DNA from: Epiperipatus broadwayi
Taxonomy: Eukaryota > Animalia > Onychophora
Direction of reading: 5' to 3'
DNA length: 64,000 nt
Assembly: GCA_028023455.1 (NCBI GenBank)
Contig: JAQFVV010000003.1
Coordinates: 28,830,001 to 28,894,000 of the forward strand
Shown: positions 36,533-49,764 of the stretch, piece after piece
How positions within the stretch are numbered: the first letter of the stretch is position 1
Layout: every line of letters begins with the position of its first letter
Program-made: the position numbers and the translations under genes
The notes under the pieces: generated by a model
What the model saw: the letters and a program-made list of their open reading frames with translations, nothing else
Databases searched by the model: none
Told to the model about the DNA's origin: nothing

Positions 36533-39500
36533 ATAATACTATATAATGATCAGATTATATATGTTTAATTGATTCCTAGCCTGCAAGATCTTTCTTTCTT
36601 TCTTTATAGGACCATGATGATGGCACTGGGTTTCTTTCATTTATATCATAATAATGATATAAGGCTCATTTTTTAGAAAGGAAATTTACTTTGAGGCTTG
36701 AACCTTCCCCGTGACTAATTGCTTATTTCAAAAAGGGTTTTAGTAGCTCTGCTGTCTGCTAGATTGTTTTTCTGTCTACGTTAATAAATATTTATTCCAC
36801 TTGGCCAGAGAAATTATACCTAACTATTCTTATGACTAAATTTTTTTTTTACGGGTTAGCTTTTAATGCTTATTTGTTTCCCAAAAATGAAGTGTATGTA
36901 TTTCCTGATCTAAATTTTTCATGAGTCAACTGATTTTTGAAACCTTCATGTTTCATAAGATAATTGATTTTGATATCCTTGTGGCAATCTTCACTCCTAT
37001 AACAATCAAAGATAGTTTTTAAAATTCAGTAAATTGCTTGGACTGCTAAACAATGATTACCATCATGCCTGGGTTAATCTCAGTAATTGGCTCAAATTAA
37101 ATTATCTACTTAAGTTATTTAGATTTTCAATAGAAGCCTCTCAAACATGACTTGCAAATTGTTACTTTTAAAAAATAGTTAGTGAAACTAAGCAAGTAGT
37201 TATAGATATTGAACTCAACTTCTCTTCTCATTTTCTCTACAAATTTCTTATTTTTAATTTAGAGAAAAATACAAATGGATATTTCCATCTATTCATTCTC
37301 TCTTTGGTTACCTCAATTTTCTTTATCCTGATCATCACTTTTTCCTAAAGTTCCAAATTCTAGATTTTTGTTCCCTGCTCTCTTTCCTCCCAACTTGACC
37401 ATTATTTATCAATGTTTTATTCTTTGATCTGCATTTGTTTAAAGAATTGAATGATTCCATTTACTTTATTTTGCACATCATCAATGTTATACTGATTTTC
37501 ATCTCTGATGACTTCTTGAATATCTAGTTCAATGTTTCTTATTTTTTCTTTTTGTCCTTTTTTATTTTGTTTGTATCTTTTGAATTGATTCTTCAATTTT
37601 CTGATTTAGCACTTTCAAACATTTCTCCTTTTAAAAATTTTTTTATATGTAGTCCTAGATACAGTAAAAAAATAGCCATTTCCTTATTGTGAAAATAATT
37701 ATGGTGCCTAGAGGATAGTTGTGCTTATTAAACAGTACCTAAAGTTTAACACCTTATCTGGTTATATATAATTAGCATTAAAATTAATTATCATTACATT
37801 TTGCAGGTTATTTTCATTTTTCTCAACTCAAACATTTTCATCATAGTAAGTTGTTCATGCTTTGAATCTGCTTTCTCTTCAGCCTATATTTATAGGTCAT
37901 GTTTCCAGTCTTCATCTTGCATCTTTACTACTGTGCATCCCCAACATCTCCATTAGCCCTTTTTTTATACACACGGAATGACCATTAATCTATTTCCTAT
38001 TAATCTGCCCTACTCTATTTTTATATTACTTGGTCTATTCTGATTTTTATTCTTGTATTACTCTCTATTCTATAAATATATAACTAATTTCTATGCATTT
38101 ATTTTCCCATGTGATCATTTCTGTGGTCAATCCTCACATTTAGCTCATTGTTCTAGCAAAAGCTTCATTCCCTGAACTTGATAGAATGCAATTTGAAAAA
38201 GGTTTAGACATATGCAATTATTGATGTTTGGGTTGAGATGTGACACTTGGTTAAAACATAATGTGATTTATGATGGCATTAGCATGCCTCATTTTGAATT
38301 TTTAAGTGGGATTATAGCAGAACCCCAAACTAATGATGATTAAACCAAGCAATCTTTTCTGTTTAGAATAATTCTTTCATGTAGAGAGATATTCAAAATA
38401 CATCATTTACTCTTAACTAAAGAGGATAATCTGCTAAAGATAGTTTTTTATTTTGTACTGAATATTTATAAATATTGTTGTATAGATTATCACCATCAAA
38501 AGTGAAGAGCTATCCTACAGATACTAGTTCAATCCTTAATTCTATTGTTATTGATGCTGGATTTTATCTAGTATAAAGCAGAGACACTGAAGATCATAAT
38601 AGCACATACTAAAAAATTCTTAATTGCATATGAGAAAAAAAAACAATATTTATGTGTGAGAATTAGAATAAATTGATATCACATTTGACTATTAATTTAA
38701 TAACAAATTTATTAATAATAAGAAAACAAAGAAATTCATGCAACTATATAATGGTTATATATACGTATAACTTTGGAGAATGGATAATACATACATTTAC
38801 CAGATATATATTTATAAATAAATATACTGTAGTTTTATTTTTATGTTTCCTTTATGTCTACCAATATCAATGGAATTATCATTCAATGAATTAAGTAACT
38901 TTCATATTTTCCTACACTACAGCTTCAGTGCTAACATTCAATATATATATATATAATGAACCAGATCCAAAAAAGATATTATTTAATTGAGTTTAATGGG
39001 TTTAAACACCTTTTATAATAATTTAAACAAAAAAAAAAACACAGGAACGGACAGGCCCTTCAGCAGAGAAGTAGAATATCATTGATAGATGAACCATCAA
39101 TGGTACCTATAATCAGATCAAGGTTATACAAAGCATAAACTACAATCACATTTTCAAGCTATAGCACTTCTTGACTGCTAGATTCAAACCCCTTCCATCC
39201 AAAGCATTTTATTTGTTTTGAGAATCAACCTCAGGCGCCAGCCAAACATATGTTATAGTCAGCATGCTTCGGACGACAGACACACATTCCAGCGCTTGAA
39301 ATATCTCACGACTAGCTCATACACTCAACCAGAGTCCAGCATATTTATTTAGCACATAAAAATAACTCTACACTAATTTATTAGTGACACAGTGACAAGA
39401 GAAAGAGAGAAATTAGACAAAATAACAATTAAGCAAACATTAATATTTATTCATGCACACACATATCTAATATAATATAAAATAACACAATATAATATCT

Positions 39501-41008
39501 TACATAAAAATATAAATGATTACTTTCAGGCTAGGGTTACAATAGTCCTTTGTTAAAGTTCATTTCATTTAAAATACAGTCTACATTGTGATCAGAATAT
39601 ATTTAAAAGTATCTTTACCTAGGTCTTCATTTGCTTTACTTTCCAACCGGTTGTATTGTTTCCCATTGATGGCTTCATGGCTTTCCTTCCGGGTTTGTCG
39701 AACAATGAGAGAAAGAGTATGCGGTAACTTCTACTTCATAATCTTGGCATTGGTTCCAAGTTTTGATTCAGGCAGGATAGTTGATAGCTGAGGGCTTGGG
39801 CATGAAGTTTTTGGACACTCCCATGGTTTATGCAGCTTCTGCATTAATGTTGACCGCAGTATGAATGACTAGTTTACTACTGCGCTAAAATTTCTGAATA
39901 TCTGCAGCAATGTATAACACAAATGAAGATCAGAATGATTTACAGACTCAAGAAAGAAACTCTGACAAATTGCAGACTGAAGTAATAACAAATTGATGAT
40001 TAGAATAACTCAATCACAAAATGCAGGCCAGAATTGAACTGAACTTGAACCGAACTGAATTATGGATTGAAGAGCGGAATGATCCAGCAGATTGCAGCCC
40101 TGACTGAAGAACAATAACCAAGATGTAACTTTATACTTTTTTCTCTCCCATTGTTTTCTATAGTTCCGTTTTTTTTTTAAATTAATTTTACATTTCTTGT
40201 TATCTTAATCCTTCGTTCAGATTCATCTAATACCTCGATAAGATAGTGTACATGGTTTTTTTAAAATTAATTCAATTTCAATGTCATTATCAATCAGAAA
40301 TCTTATAAACTAATTACATTTTTGAAAGTTTTACAATCATTTATTTTTACAGACTAATTTTATTTTAACTTTATATATTTACTTATTTCTATTTTATAAA
40401 AGGAGTTTTCTTTAAAATGAGAGAGAAAAAAGACTTTTAAATCTTTTTCTAATTTTATTTTAGATCCCCCCCCCCCCATTTGCTTTTTAACAAATAGTTT
40501 TATTATATTTTAAAAGAAAAATATAAGCAATCTTTTTATTTTATTTTTAAACCAGGTTTTAAAACCCCACTCCTTAATTAATTATTACTTTTTTAATAAA
40601 TCTAATCATTATTTTTAAATGAAAAAATATGTAATGCAGAATATGTGTCTCTAGCAGTACAAAATTTATTAGAAATTTTTTTTTTTAATTTCAACTTATT
40701 ATCATCTTAATATAAAATCTTTTCCTCCTGTCATAGAAAATGAAAAGAATATCTTCCTCCCAAAATTTCAAAGTATAAGTGAAAAAAAAAAATATTATAC
40801 CTTTGAACGAATGGATATAATTCTTTATATAATGTGGCCCAGTGAAAAGATATACTAGTTCTCTTTCCAAGCTGCTTGCAATACTATCTCTGAATCAATG
40901 CATGTGTTATATAGTATCATAATTTAATAACTCACCACAAAAATTTAAGGTGGTAACATCTATCATGAGTTATGACATGAAATGTGACTGTATTTTGTAT
41001 CTTAATTA

Positions 41009-41230
41009 ATGATGGAACAACACACTAACATTAAATTATGTTTTAAATTAAACAAAACTGCTATTAAAGTGTTTAAAATGATTCAAAGTGTGCATGACAA
41101 TGAAGCCACGAATCTTAATATGTTTTCAAGTGAAATGGAAAATTCCATGATGGCAAGAGGAGCATTGAAGATGATCCACAAAAGTATAAAACACAGCCAC
41201 ATTTCATGTTGTAGCTAGTAATACAGACAA
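41009..41230 (+). pseudogene. Mariner transposase N-terminal (HTH) fragment
   Basis: MEQHTNIKLCFKLNKTAIKVFKMIQSVHDNEA matches the mariner MEQR.NIKFCFKLGKTA.E...M...Y.DEA pattern; a shifted frame gives WKFHDGKRSIEDDP. Confidence 0.78.
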
Positions 41231-42150
41231 GCTAATGCATTAAATTTTTTGTAGTGAATAGGATAAGCAATGTTACTACATAACACACAAATTAACCCAT
41301 AAATAGTAGTCCAGGCAGCTAGGAGAGAGATCCTGTCACTTTTTTCATAATGAAATTTCTTATCAGAATTCTAATGACTTTTGATATTATCTATAATTTT
41401 TCAGATTAAATACATTTTTAGAATCAAAAAATTCATTCCTATTTTAAAATATGAATCACTATCTTAGCATGAATATCTATTGATCCATATCTACCTTATT
41501 CATTAGTGTAATTGATTTCACAAATTCATTGGTATTTCTTGGTCCTGAGTATAGCAAGCGAATTCCATGATAAAATTAATTAACTCTGGGAAAGATCAAC
41601 AACTCCCTTGATATAATGGACAACAAGCTACAATTTAAAGGAGCTGCTATTATGATTGTTTAAATAGTAAATTAATATGGATGGATTGTTCACTAAAATG
41701 TTAATTAATGACGAACTCCAAATTTAAAATGGAAAAAAAAAAAAACCTTCATGATATTTCTTCTCAGATTCCCGAGACATTGATTGGGTTTTATTGAGGC
41801 TAGAATATATAATGTTTGAATTATTTTTTTAAAATATAATTATGATATAAATAAGTTATAAATTCATATTGTATATTCCTGGAAATTGTGAACACCTCAT
41901 TAATAATGGTAGCAATTGGCAATTTAGAGATATGTGTATATTTACTATTCTCAATTTAATATCACTACATGTATTTTGTATAAAAATCAAAATGTATCCC
42001 TGTGAATAAAACTTAAAAAACATAAGTAGTAAAAAGAGATGAAGTTTTTGATTAATTAAATTTATGACTATACATAGAAATAAAAATATAGTATTAGTAT
42101 ATTTTTAAATAGATAAATATTGTTAATGACTGACGCATAGAAGTACAAAC

Positions 42151-42292
42151 CAGATCAGTTGAGACAAGAATACGACACTGAAAATTCTTTAATTTATTGA
42201 TTGCTGCCAGTCTTTCTTTCTGATCCAAGCTACTGCAAATATAAATTGCAGGCCAGTTTTTATTATTCAAAAGTTCGCACAGATTTTGGGCA
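42151..42292 (-). CDS. DDX20: DDX20 internal exon (142 bp, phase 2-0)
   Basis: ttttattgtag|T GCC CAA...GAT CTG|gtttgt; AQNLCELLNNKNWPAIYICSSLDQKERLAAINKLKNFQCRILVSTDL (QxxR and motif V). Confidence 0.95.
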
Positions 42293-42511
42293 CTACAATA
42301 AAAAAATATATATACATTTAAAATCTAGACATTGAACATAACATATAAACTATAGTTAAAAATTAAAATATTATATAACAGGAGTCCCACATATTCACTG
42401 TATTTGGTTTCAAGTTTTTTGTTGATATCAAATAATAGCAAAACCTATATAATACACAAGTTTTACATACATATACTTTATATTTAAATAAATCATATAA
42501 TATAATAATAA

Positions 42512-42587
42512 TTGCCCTTTTTAATGTACTTGAACTAATTTACTATTACGTAATAGTAAATTAGTTCAAGCATGTTAAAAAGGGCAA
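42512..42587. repeat. 76-bp spacer-less palindrome
   Basis: TTGCCCTTTTTAATGTACTTGAACTAATTTACTATTAC|GTAATAGTAAATTAGTTCAAGCATGTTAAAAAGGGCAA; 35 of 38 positions complementary. Confidence 0.95.
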
Positions 42588-45500
42588 AAATTAATATTTG
42601 CCAAAAGAGCTTTTTTGTATATGATGATTATTATTATATCATAAGATTTATATTTAAATATATGTAAAAGCAGCATAATGGATTAAACTTCTTTCCATTT
42701 TTTTGATATACTTTATAATACAATTTCATTTTAAAAATATACATATTAAAAAATCAACAAAAATAAATAATAATAAAAAAGGGAATAATGCAGTCATGAA
42801 AAAGATACCACAGTAATAGAGTGAGAGAAAGAGCAACCATATGACTGAATAATCGATAAATGCATGAGATATGAGAATTACTAACTGAGATGATTAGTTA
42901 TTTCAATAACATAAAAATTTCAACATTTTTTAATATAGTCATCAAATTAATAAAAAGAATGGGAATAGCTTTAAATAACTTTCTTCAAAGCAAAACCTCT
43001 CTAGCTTTTGTTCACAGTATTGAGGATAAGTGAAGAATACATTATCCAAGTATTTGTCAACTATTATTTAATGATAATTAATCATGAGTTTTTCTACCAT
43101 GTTTTATTTTTATTAACCATTTTCTCAAACCGATCTCATATGTTAACAATATTAAATTTATCATATACAAGATTGGTTTGGTTTGAGATTTAATATTATT
43201 AAAAATGGGTAGTTTTTTTGAAAGTCATATGCTATTTGATCACTGGAAATTACAGGTTTAGTTTCAATCCAGGAGTTCTTAACTTCTGATTTCATCATGG
43301 GTATATATATCAGTAACTGAATACTTCTTTACTCTAATCAAACCGAGCTCTTCTTTCAAAAAAATTCAAATTAAATGCATTTTTATTATTTTACTCATAA
43401 TTAAAATATAAAATTTTATTACTGTTGCTATGATGGATTTTATGATTTTTAAGAAACATATATGTAAGTAGTCACAGTTATGAGTAAGAATTTTCTAGCT
43501 GGGAGGAGAGTATCAGCAAAGAAACTACAAGAAATATTTCCATAATAAACTTTGGAATAAGGGGAAGCTTTCTATTACAATAAGTTATTTACTACAATAC
43601 ATAGATAAACTTTATTTAAGCAGCTTTGAAAGAATGTGATGGTGGATTTTGAATTTCAGAATAATTCAAGAAATAATGAAGAGATGTGGAGAAATGGTGT
43701 AAAGAAAGAAAAAAAAAACTTCTTAACAGTTTTGCAGAGGAAAGCAATAGATAGATATAAAAAAATGTCATAAACAAAGCAATAGACATACATAACATGA
43801 GGATTGTTAAGATAGAAGATAGTGATAACTGGGGTCCAAAAAAAAAAAAATTGTAAAAATAAAACTAGAATAAAGCTTGTTTAAAATATAAATATAAAAT
43901 GTAAAGTGAAATATATTTTGTAAATGAAAACATAGACTTTTAATCAAGTGGAAATGTTATTGTGAAAAAAACAAACAAATTGGTTTTAAAATTTGGTACC
44001 AATCTGATAATTAGATCATATAAAAATTGGATCTTCCATTTAAAAAGAAGACTTTAGACTAGTAGAGAGGGATATCCAGGACCTAAAGAATCTATGGTTT
44101 AATAACTAGTTTACATTGTGAAATAGGTTACCTAAATTTTTGTAATAACTTAATAAACTTAATCAGCTAAAGATATTATGTACATATGTATTGTTTATAA
44201 TATATAAGCCCAGGTATTTCTAAAATTTAAGTACAAAATTGTACAAATTCAAAATAGAAAAATCAAACTGTCTATTTATAAAATATTAATTTTTCATCAT
44301 ATTCATTTGTGTGTGTTCATTATAATTAACCAAATTAAAAGCATGTGAAAAATTATGTTCACATTCATAACTTGTCACCTGTTAATTAAGTCTAATTTCT
44401 GAACATGAATAATAAGCAACTACTAATTGGGGTTCCTGAATCTAACAAAGTTTTATCAATATAAGTATCTTTTTTTAAAAAAAATTCATTAAACTAGAAA
44501 CACATCTATTCAAAATTTTAAAAGACTAGTTACTATTGAAAATTATAAATGATATATTATCAATTAATATTGCATTATAAGTCTATTCAATCCTTCTGTA
44601 AATATAGAAAGTAAAAAAAAGGTCATTTAAATAATATAGTGTTTTTAATATCAATCATAACGAATCACCTAAAAAAGCATTTTATTGCTATAAAAAATAT
44701 TAATTTCATTCTTTTATAATATCTATAATATATATCAATAGTACTGTATTACATAAATTTTAAAATCTAAATGATAACATATTTATATTAAACATTGATT
44801 ATAAATGTTTTAACATTAACCATTACTATCACATTTTTATCAAGACAATGTTAGTATCCAAAATCCATAAATATAGGAAATGAATTAGAATAAGTTAATC
44901 ATTTTAGATATCTAATTCTAATAAATATTGAAAGCATAAACTTCTTTTTAGCAGCTTCATTGATTAAAAATAAAATGACTGCTTCATTGTGTTTTCTGAT
45001 TGAGTATAAGGAAAAATTTAGAAGGAATGTGATCTTGTTAAGTCAGGATAATTGATTTGTAAACAAATATATATATTTTTCTGTTGGTAATTTATAAGCT
45101 TTTATCTCTTTAATAGGAAGGCTAGTTGAGTTCGGGATAGTAATTTTTTGATCTTATAGTTGTTTGGCTTATTTCTGGAAGATTAGAGCTATTAGTAGTA
45201 GCTTGCTTATTTTCTGAGGAAGTCTTTTCTTCTCGAGATCACTAGTGATTATATCCAGTAGTGCTGGTAGATGTACAGTGCCTTTTAATTTCAATAATAG
45301 TTTATTGAATTATTGGCATTTTTAAAATTCTTATTGTTATAATTTTTGTGGTATAACAATAAGTTGATTTCTATTGATAGTCTTCACAGTAAGCTTTAGA
45401 TATATTGGATTTTTGTAGGGGAACTTATTCAATGCAAGCATTTATTAATAAGAAGAAAGAATCATGCAGTGATAATTTTGAGTGAAATATATACATTTAT

Positions 45501-46199
45501 TTTATTAAAGAAAAATAAAACATTCAATAATCAATATCTTAAAATAAATTTGCAAAAATACAAAAGCAAATACTTATAATTTCAACATCAATACGAAAAT
45601 AATGATCTTTAGGGTGAATGCCAGTACAGCAGATTATTCATGAAATGTTATAATGAACACTACTAAAGAAAATAAGTGTCAGAAAAATAATTTCATCTAG
45701 TTATTGTAATGAAAAGAAAAACAAGAACAGATTTAAAAGTGTGAAGTTTAATCACTGACAGGACATATTCCATCTTCTATAGGTTGATGATTAAGCTATT
45801 GGATCAACAATGTTAAAAAGTGAAGTATTATGGTAAGTTGAAATGTAAATTGACTGGGTGAAAATTTAAGTAAGAAAATCCAAATTCCAATACACTAAAT
45901 GAATGTGATATGAATAATAACAAGGAAAACAGAGATATGATAACTTAAAAAGTCTGCATTAGCTTTTTTTTTAATGACAATTTTATAGATGCCATAATAT
46001 TTTAGTACTCAGATAAATTATCAATTTTATTTTATTTTTTTAAATTATATTTGATACTATTTATTACATCTCATACTTATTTAATTATTTTATTACCTCA
46101 TATGTTTTTTTTTTTTTTAGGATTTTTACAATTTCTTGGTCCAGTTTAAGATTTATTGTCCATCTACTATCATCTCTTCTGGAAACAAGTTCAGCCTAG

Positions 46200-48420
46200 C
46201 TTCATTTCAATCTCTTAATTCTTCCAATGTTATCAACAATACCCATTTGTTTTATTTTTCATTTATGCATTTCACTTTCTATCTTTTCTTGTTACTCTTA
46301 ATCGTATCTTTCCACTCTTCACAGTAATTTGTATGTTGCTCTTCCAAATTAATGTCTAGGAATTAGATCCACAAGTAAATATTGGTAAAAACATTTATGA
46401 AAATTCTTCTTCATAGAGACATTTTAAAGCTATTTCTATTAAAAGTTCAGTTCTATAAGAAATTTCATTTATTATGCTGCCATTTATACTAATACTTTCA
46501 GTCGTTAATTTCCTCTAATTTATATTACCAATCTTTATTTTCTTTTTGAGAAGCCATTGAACATTAGTACTTTCAGCATTTTAACTTTATTTTACTTTCT
46601 TGCTTTAGAATGGTAACTCTCACGTACGTTTCCTGATAATCTAAAACATTATTTGCCAAAACAATAATATTATCTGCAAAATCCTTATAACTTAAATAAT
46701 TTCCAATTATTTTTATTTTCCTAATTTCCTATTTTAATCTATAAATTTTTTTGGAGAATTTGTGTAATCAATGGATAATATAGTTTAATTACTGATATTG
46801 TATTTTGATAAATATTTTTCATCATTTGAGATTATCTTAAATCTGTCTTGATATTCAAAAGTGTTAATAATCTCAGAAAGTCGTTTATAATCAAATGCCT
46901 TTCATTCAAAATATAACTTCCCCTACTATAATTTTTCTTAATATTCAAATGTGAGCTACTGTGCTGAAATAACTTTTAAATCTAGTTTGTCTTTTTGGCT
47001 TGACCAAAGTTTTCAGTAGACAAATTATAATAATTTTAGCAAAGATTGCTGAAGACTGATAGGTTTGTAATTTTTAGTATCTCCTTTCTTCTTTATTAAA
47101 TATCAATATTATTGCTGCATTCTTCAAATCATCTATCTTTAATATTTAGCTATTAGATATATAGTTTGCTAATAAATTCTCTATTTCTTCATCTATTTTT
47201 CAAAAAATAGCTATAATTTCATCATTTTCTAAAAGTTTTCTATTCTTCATAAATTTAATTCTATGTTTTACCTCTTCATTTAAAACACTTGAAATTTCAA
47301 AAGACATTGTCATAGTTATAAAGTTATTTTGTTTTTGGCTCTCAAATATTATATAGTATTTTGGAGAACTATTTTATACACTTTATGATGACATCTCTTT
47401 TCTTAATAATAGTGCCATCTTATATTATTATTGTTATAGAAAACTTTCCAATCTTAAAATGTTTTATATTTTTGAGACTTTTGTTTTCTTTGCTGCATTC
47501 ACATAATTCCAGATAATCAATTTTTCTATATGAATCATTTTTAAATATTTTCATATTCTTCCTTTTTTTTTTTTTTAAGCATTACCTTATATCAGTTGAA
47601 AATTTAATGGTGAATTGCTACTTTATTACATCACTATTTGTGTAAAAATTCTTAGAAATATATCAATTATCTTACTGATCTGATTTGAATTTACTGAAGT
47701 ATTTCTAAAGATTATAGGTATCAACTATTGATACTATCTTCCATAATAACTTTTGTTTCATTAGTTTTGCATTAACATGTATCTTACACCTCATTAATTG
47801 CTGATCACTTTCACATGTTGATCTGCTTGCTTTGGTGCAGTGGTAGAGAGACAGATTCTGGAGATTAAATTTTGTAAGCACATTTGAATAATAACATTAT
47901 TCAATATTTATTTTATTTACTTCATTGTGTTAAATCTACTATGCAGATTACAATCTTAAAGTATGTATTTGTTTGACTGAATCTTCATTTGATACTTCTA
48001 AGACTATTTCTAGTTCAGATTTTTCTCAAAACAGAAATTTATAATTTTTTTTAAAAAAATTCCTTAAGTTTTCTAATTCTATAACTAAATTTACACTTTC
48101 ATCTTTCAATCATTTTTCAATTCTAACATTAAAATCTTCAAGGAAAATTTAAAATGTGGTTTAATTTATTCAGTGAGAACTTATTGGGATGCAAACATAA
48201 TATCTTCCATTAATTAAGGTGAATCTTGCTATTTTGTCAGATTTGCCATAAATATTCACAATTTTGTTCTTACATCTTTTTCTTATGATGAATCCTTCTT
48301 TGTTTGTATTTCCAATTATTGTCCATTTTTCTAATTAATTGTTTTTTCCTAATTTCACAAAGTTCGACAATGTCTCAGTTGATATTAGACAGTTCTTTCA
48401 ATTCACAATTTTTCTTCATT
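46200..48420 (-). mobile_element. Degenerate RTE-clade LINE (endonuclease + RT)
   Basis: Minus strand: SDKIARF (~48240), SD-Q-L (~47800), NYKPISL (~47070), KAFD (~46895), FADNII (~46675). Confidence 0.75.
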
Positions 48421-49064
48421 TGAAAGTGTTCTACAATTAGATAATTAAATAAAAGACATTGATAAATAAAGATTTAGATCTATAAACTAGTGTTTCTTAG
48501 AATATCTGGTTTCAGTCACTAACAACTATATTGGCCAATGACTTTAGTCTCCAGAAAATGATGGCCATAATTTATGTTTGTCTGTCATAATTTTAATTAT
48601 AAAAGAAAATTAGCATCCATATATATATATGCATTTATTTATCTCATCTTCAAGAATCTAGATAAAATAATAATGTCTTAGTTAAGGACTATCAGGAAGA
48701 AAAAGCTGATACTTTTTTTTGGTTTTAAACTGAAGTAAAAAGGAGTAAATTCGTCATTCTAGTTGATGTGTATTGGTGAACAGCCTATCAATGTTCATTT
48801 ACTGTGTGAATAATCACATGATAATTGTAATATTTACACAGCTGCAATGACAAACATGTATGAAATGAACATTAGGAATTTGCCCTACTTCTTTAATGCC
48901 TTTAAGAGGAATAGAAAGAGTCTTCTTTTAGTTAAAAACAAACTTTTTTAAAGCCATAATACATAAATAATTTTTATTTAAATACTTTCACTAATAAAAT
49001 TTCAATAAAACACATGTATAAAAAGTAATAATTGCACTAATTATAATATAAAACAATACTTTAC

Positions 49065-49203
49065 CTAGTTTGATAGTTGCAGAATATCAAACACTGATTA
49101 AAAGACACAGAAGCCAACAATGATAATACAATTTCAACTTTAGATTGAAAAACTTTATGTACAAAAGGGTGAAAAGGAACTAACTGATAATATTGTCTCA
49201 CTC
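49065..49203 (-). CDS. DDX20: DDX20 internal exon with motif IV (139 bp, phase 1-2)
   Basis: tttttttag|GA GTG AGA CAA...ACT AG|gtaaag; (G)VRQYYQLVPFHPFVHKVFQSKVEIVLSLLASVSFNQCLIFCNYQT. Confidence 0.95.
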
Positions 49204-49764
49204 CTAAAAAAAAAAAATCAAATAAATTTAATTATTTTTTAAGACTAATAATATATTTATAGATCTCATTACAAATTCTTCAATAACATTAGTAAATAGA
49301 TGTTAATATAAAAATAAAAAAGCACAGTAAATCTTGGAATTTTTATTATAATGAAAATATTTTTTTTTGATTTAAAAAAAAAAAAGTATATTATTACACT
49401 TGGATTGACAAGTGTCAAACTTTCAGCACTCATAACATTGACATCAAACATTTCAGACAACTACATTAATGATTATTATTAATCATTTATTAAATTAATG
49501 ATTATCCCTAACCCAAATATAAATTTTAAATCTCGTTAAGGATTAATATGTCTGTTTTTGTTTTGAAATTCGTCTATCTTTTTCTATATGTGCAATATCT
49601 TTTTTAGATATAGTAAAAATTTTCAACTCTCATTACTCATTCTTGGAATATATGAAAAAAAGACAGCATTTGTCTTTTTCAAGTATTTTTATTCATATTT
49701 CAAGAACACCTGTTAAAGTAAAATTTAAATACATCTAAAATTATAGATACAATATATTCTGTAA

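Noticed and set aside
36600-38130. Purine-rich minus-strand stretches resembling LINE ORF1/RT-tail fragments (similar signal at 43600-43850, plus strand)
   Set aside because: Too decayed to assign boundaries or family by eye.
39230-40130. GC-richer island with a broken CxxC/HxxxxC-like peptide on the minus strand, possible LTR gag remnant
   Set aside because: Motifs are split across frames and no LTR, PBS or pol could be supported.
42290-42293. Split codon AG|T giving Ser where human DDX20 has Arg (QTSAQ vs HSRAQ)
   Set aside because: This position after motif IV varies among DEAD-box proteins; not evidence of pseudogenisation.
49380-49715. Acceptor-like sites and short ORF (49269-49460) just upstream of the 49203 exon, considered as extra exons
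   Set aside because: Stops in all useful frames, no DDX20 similarity, and the gene model is complete without them.
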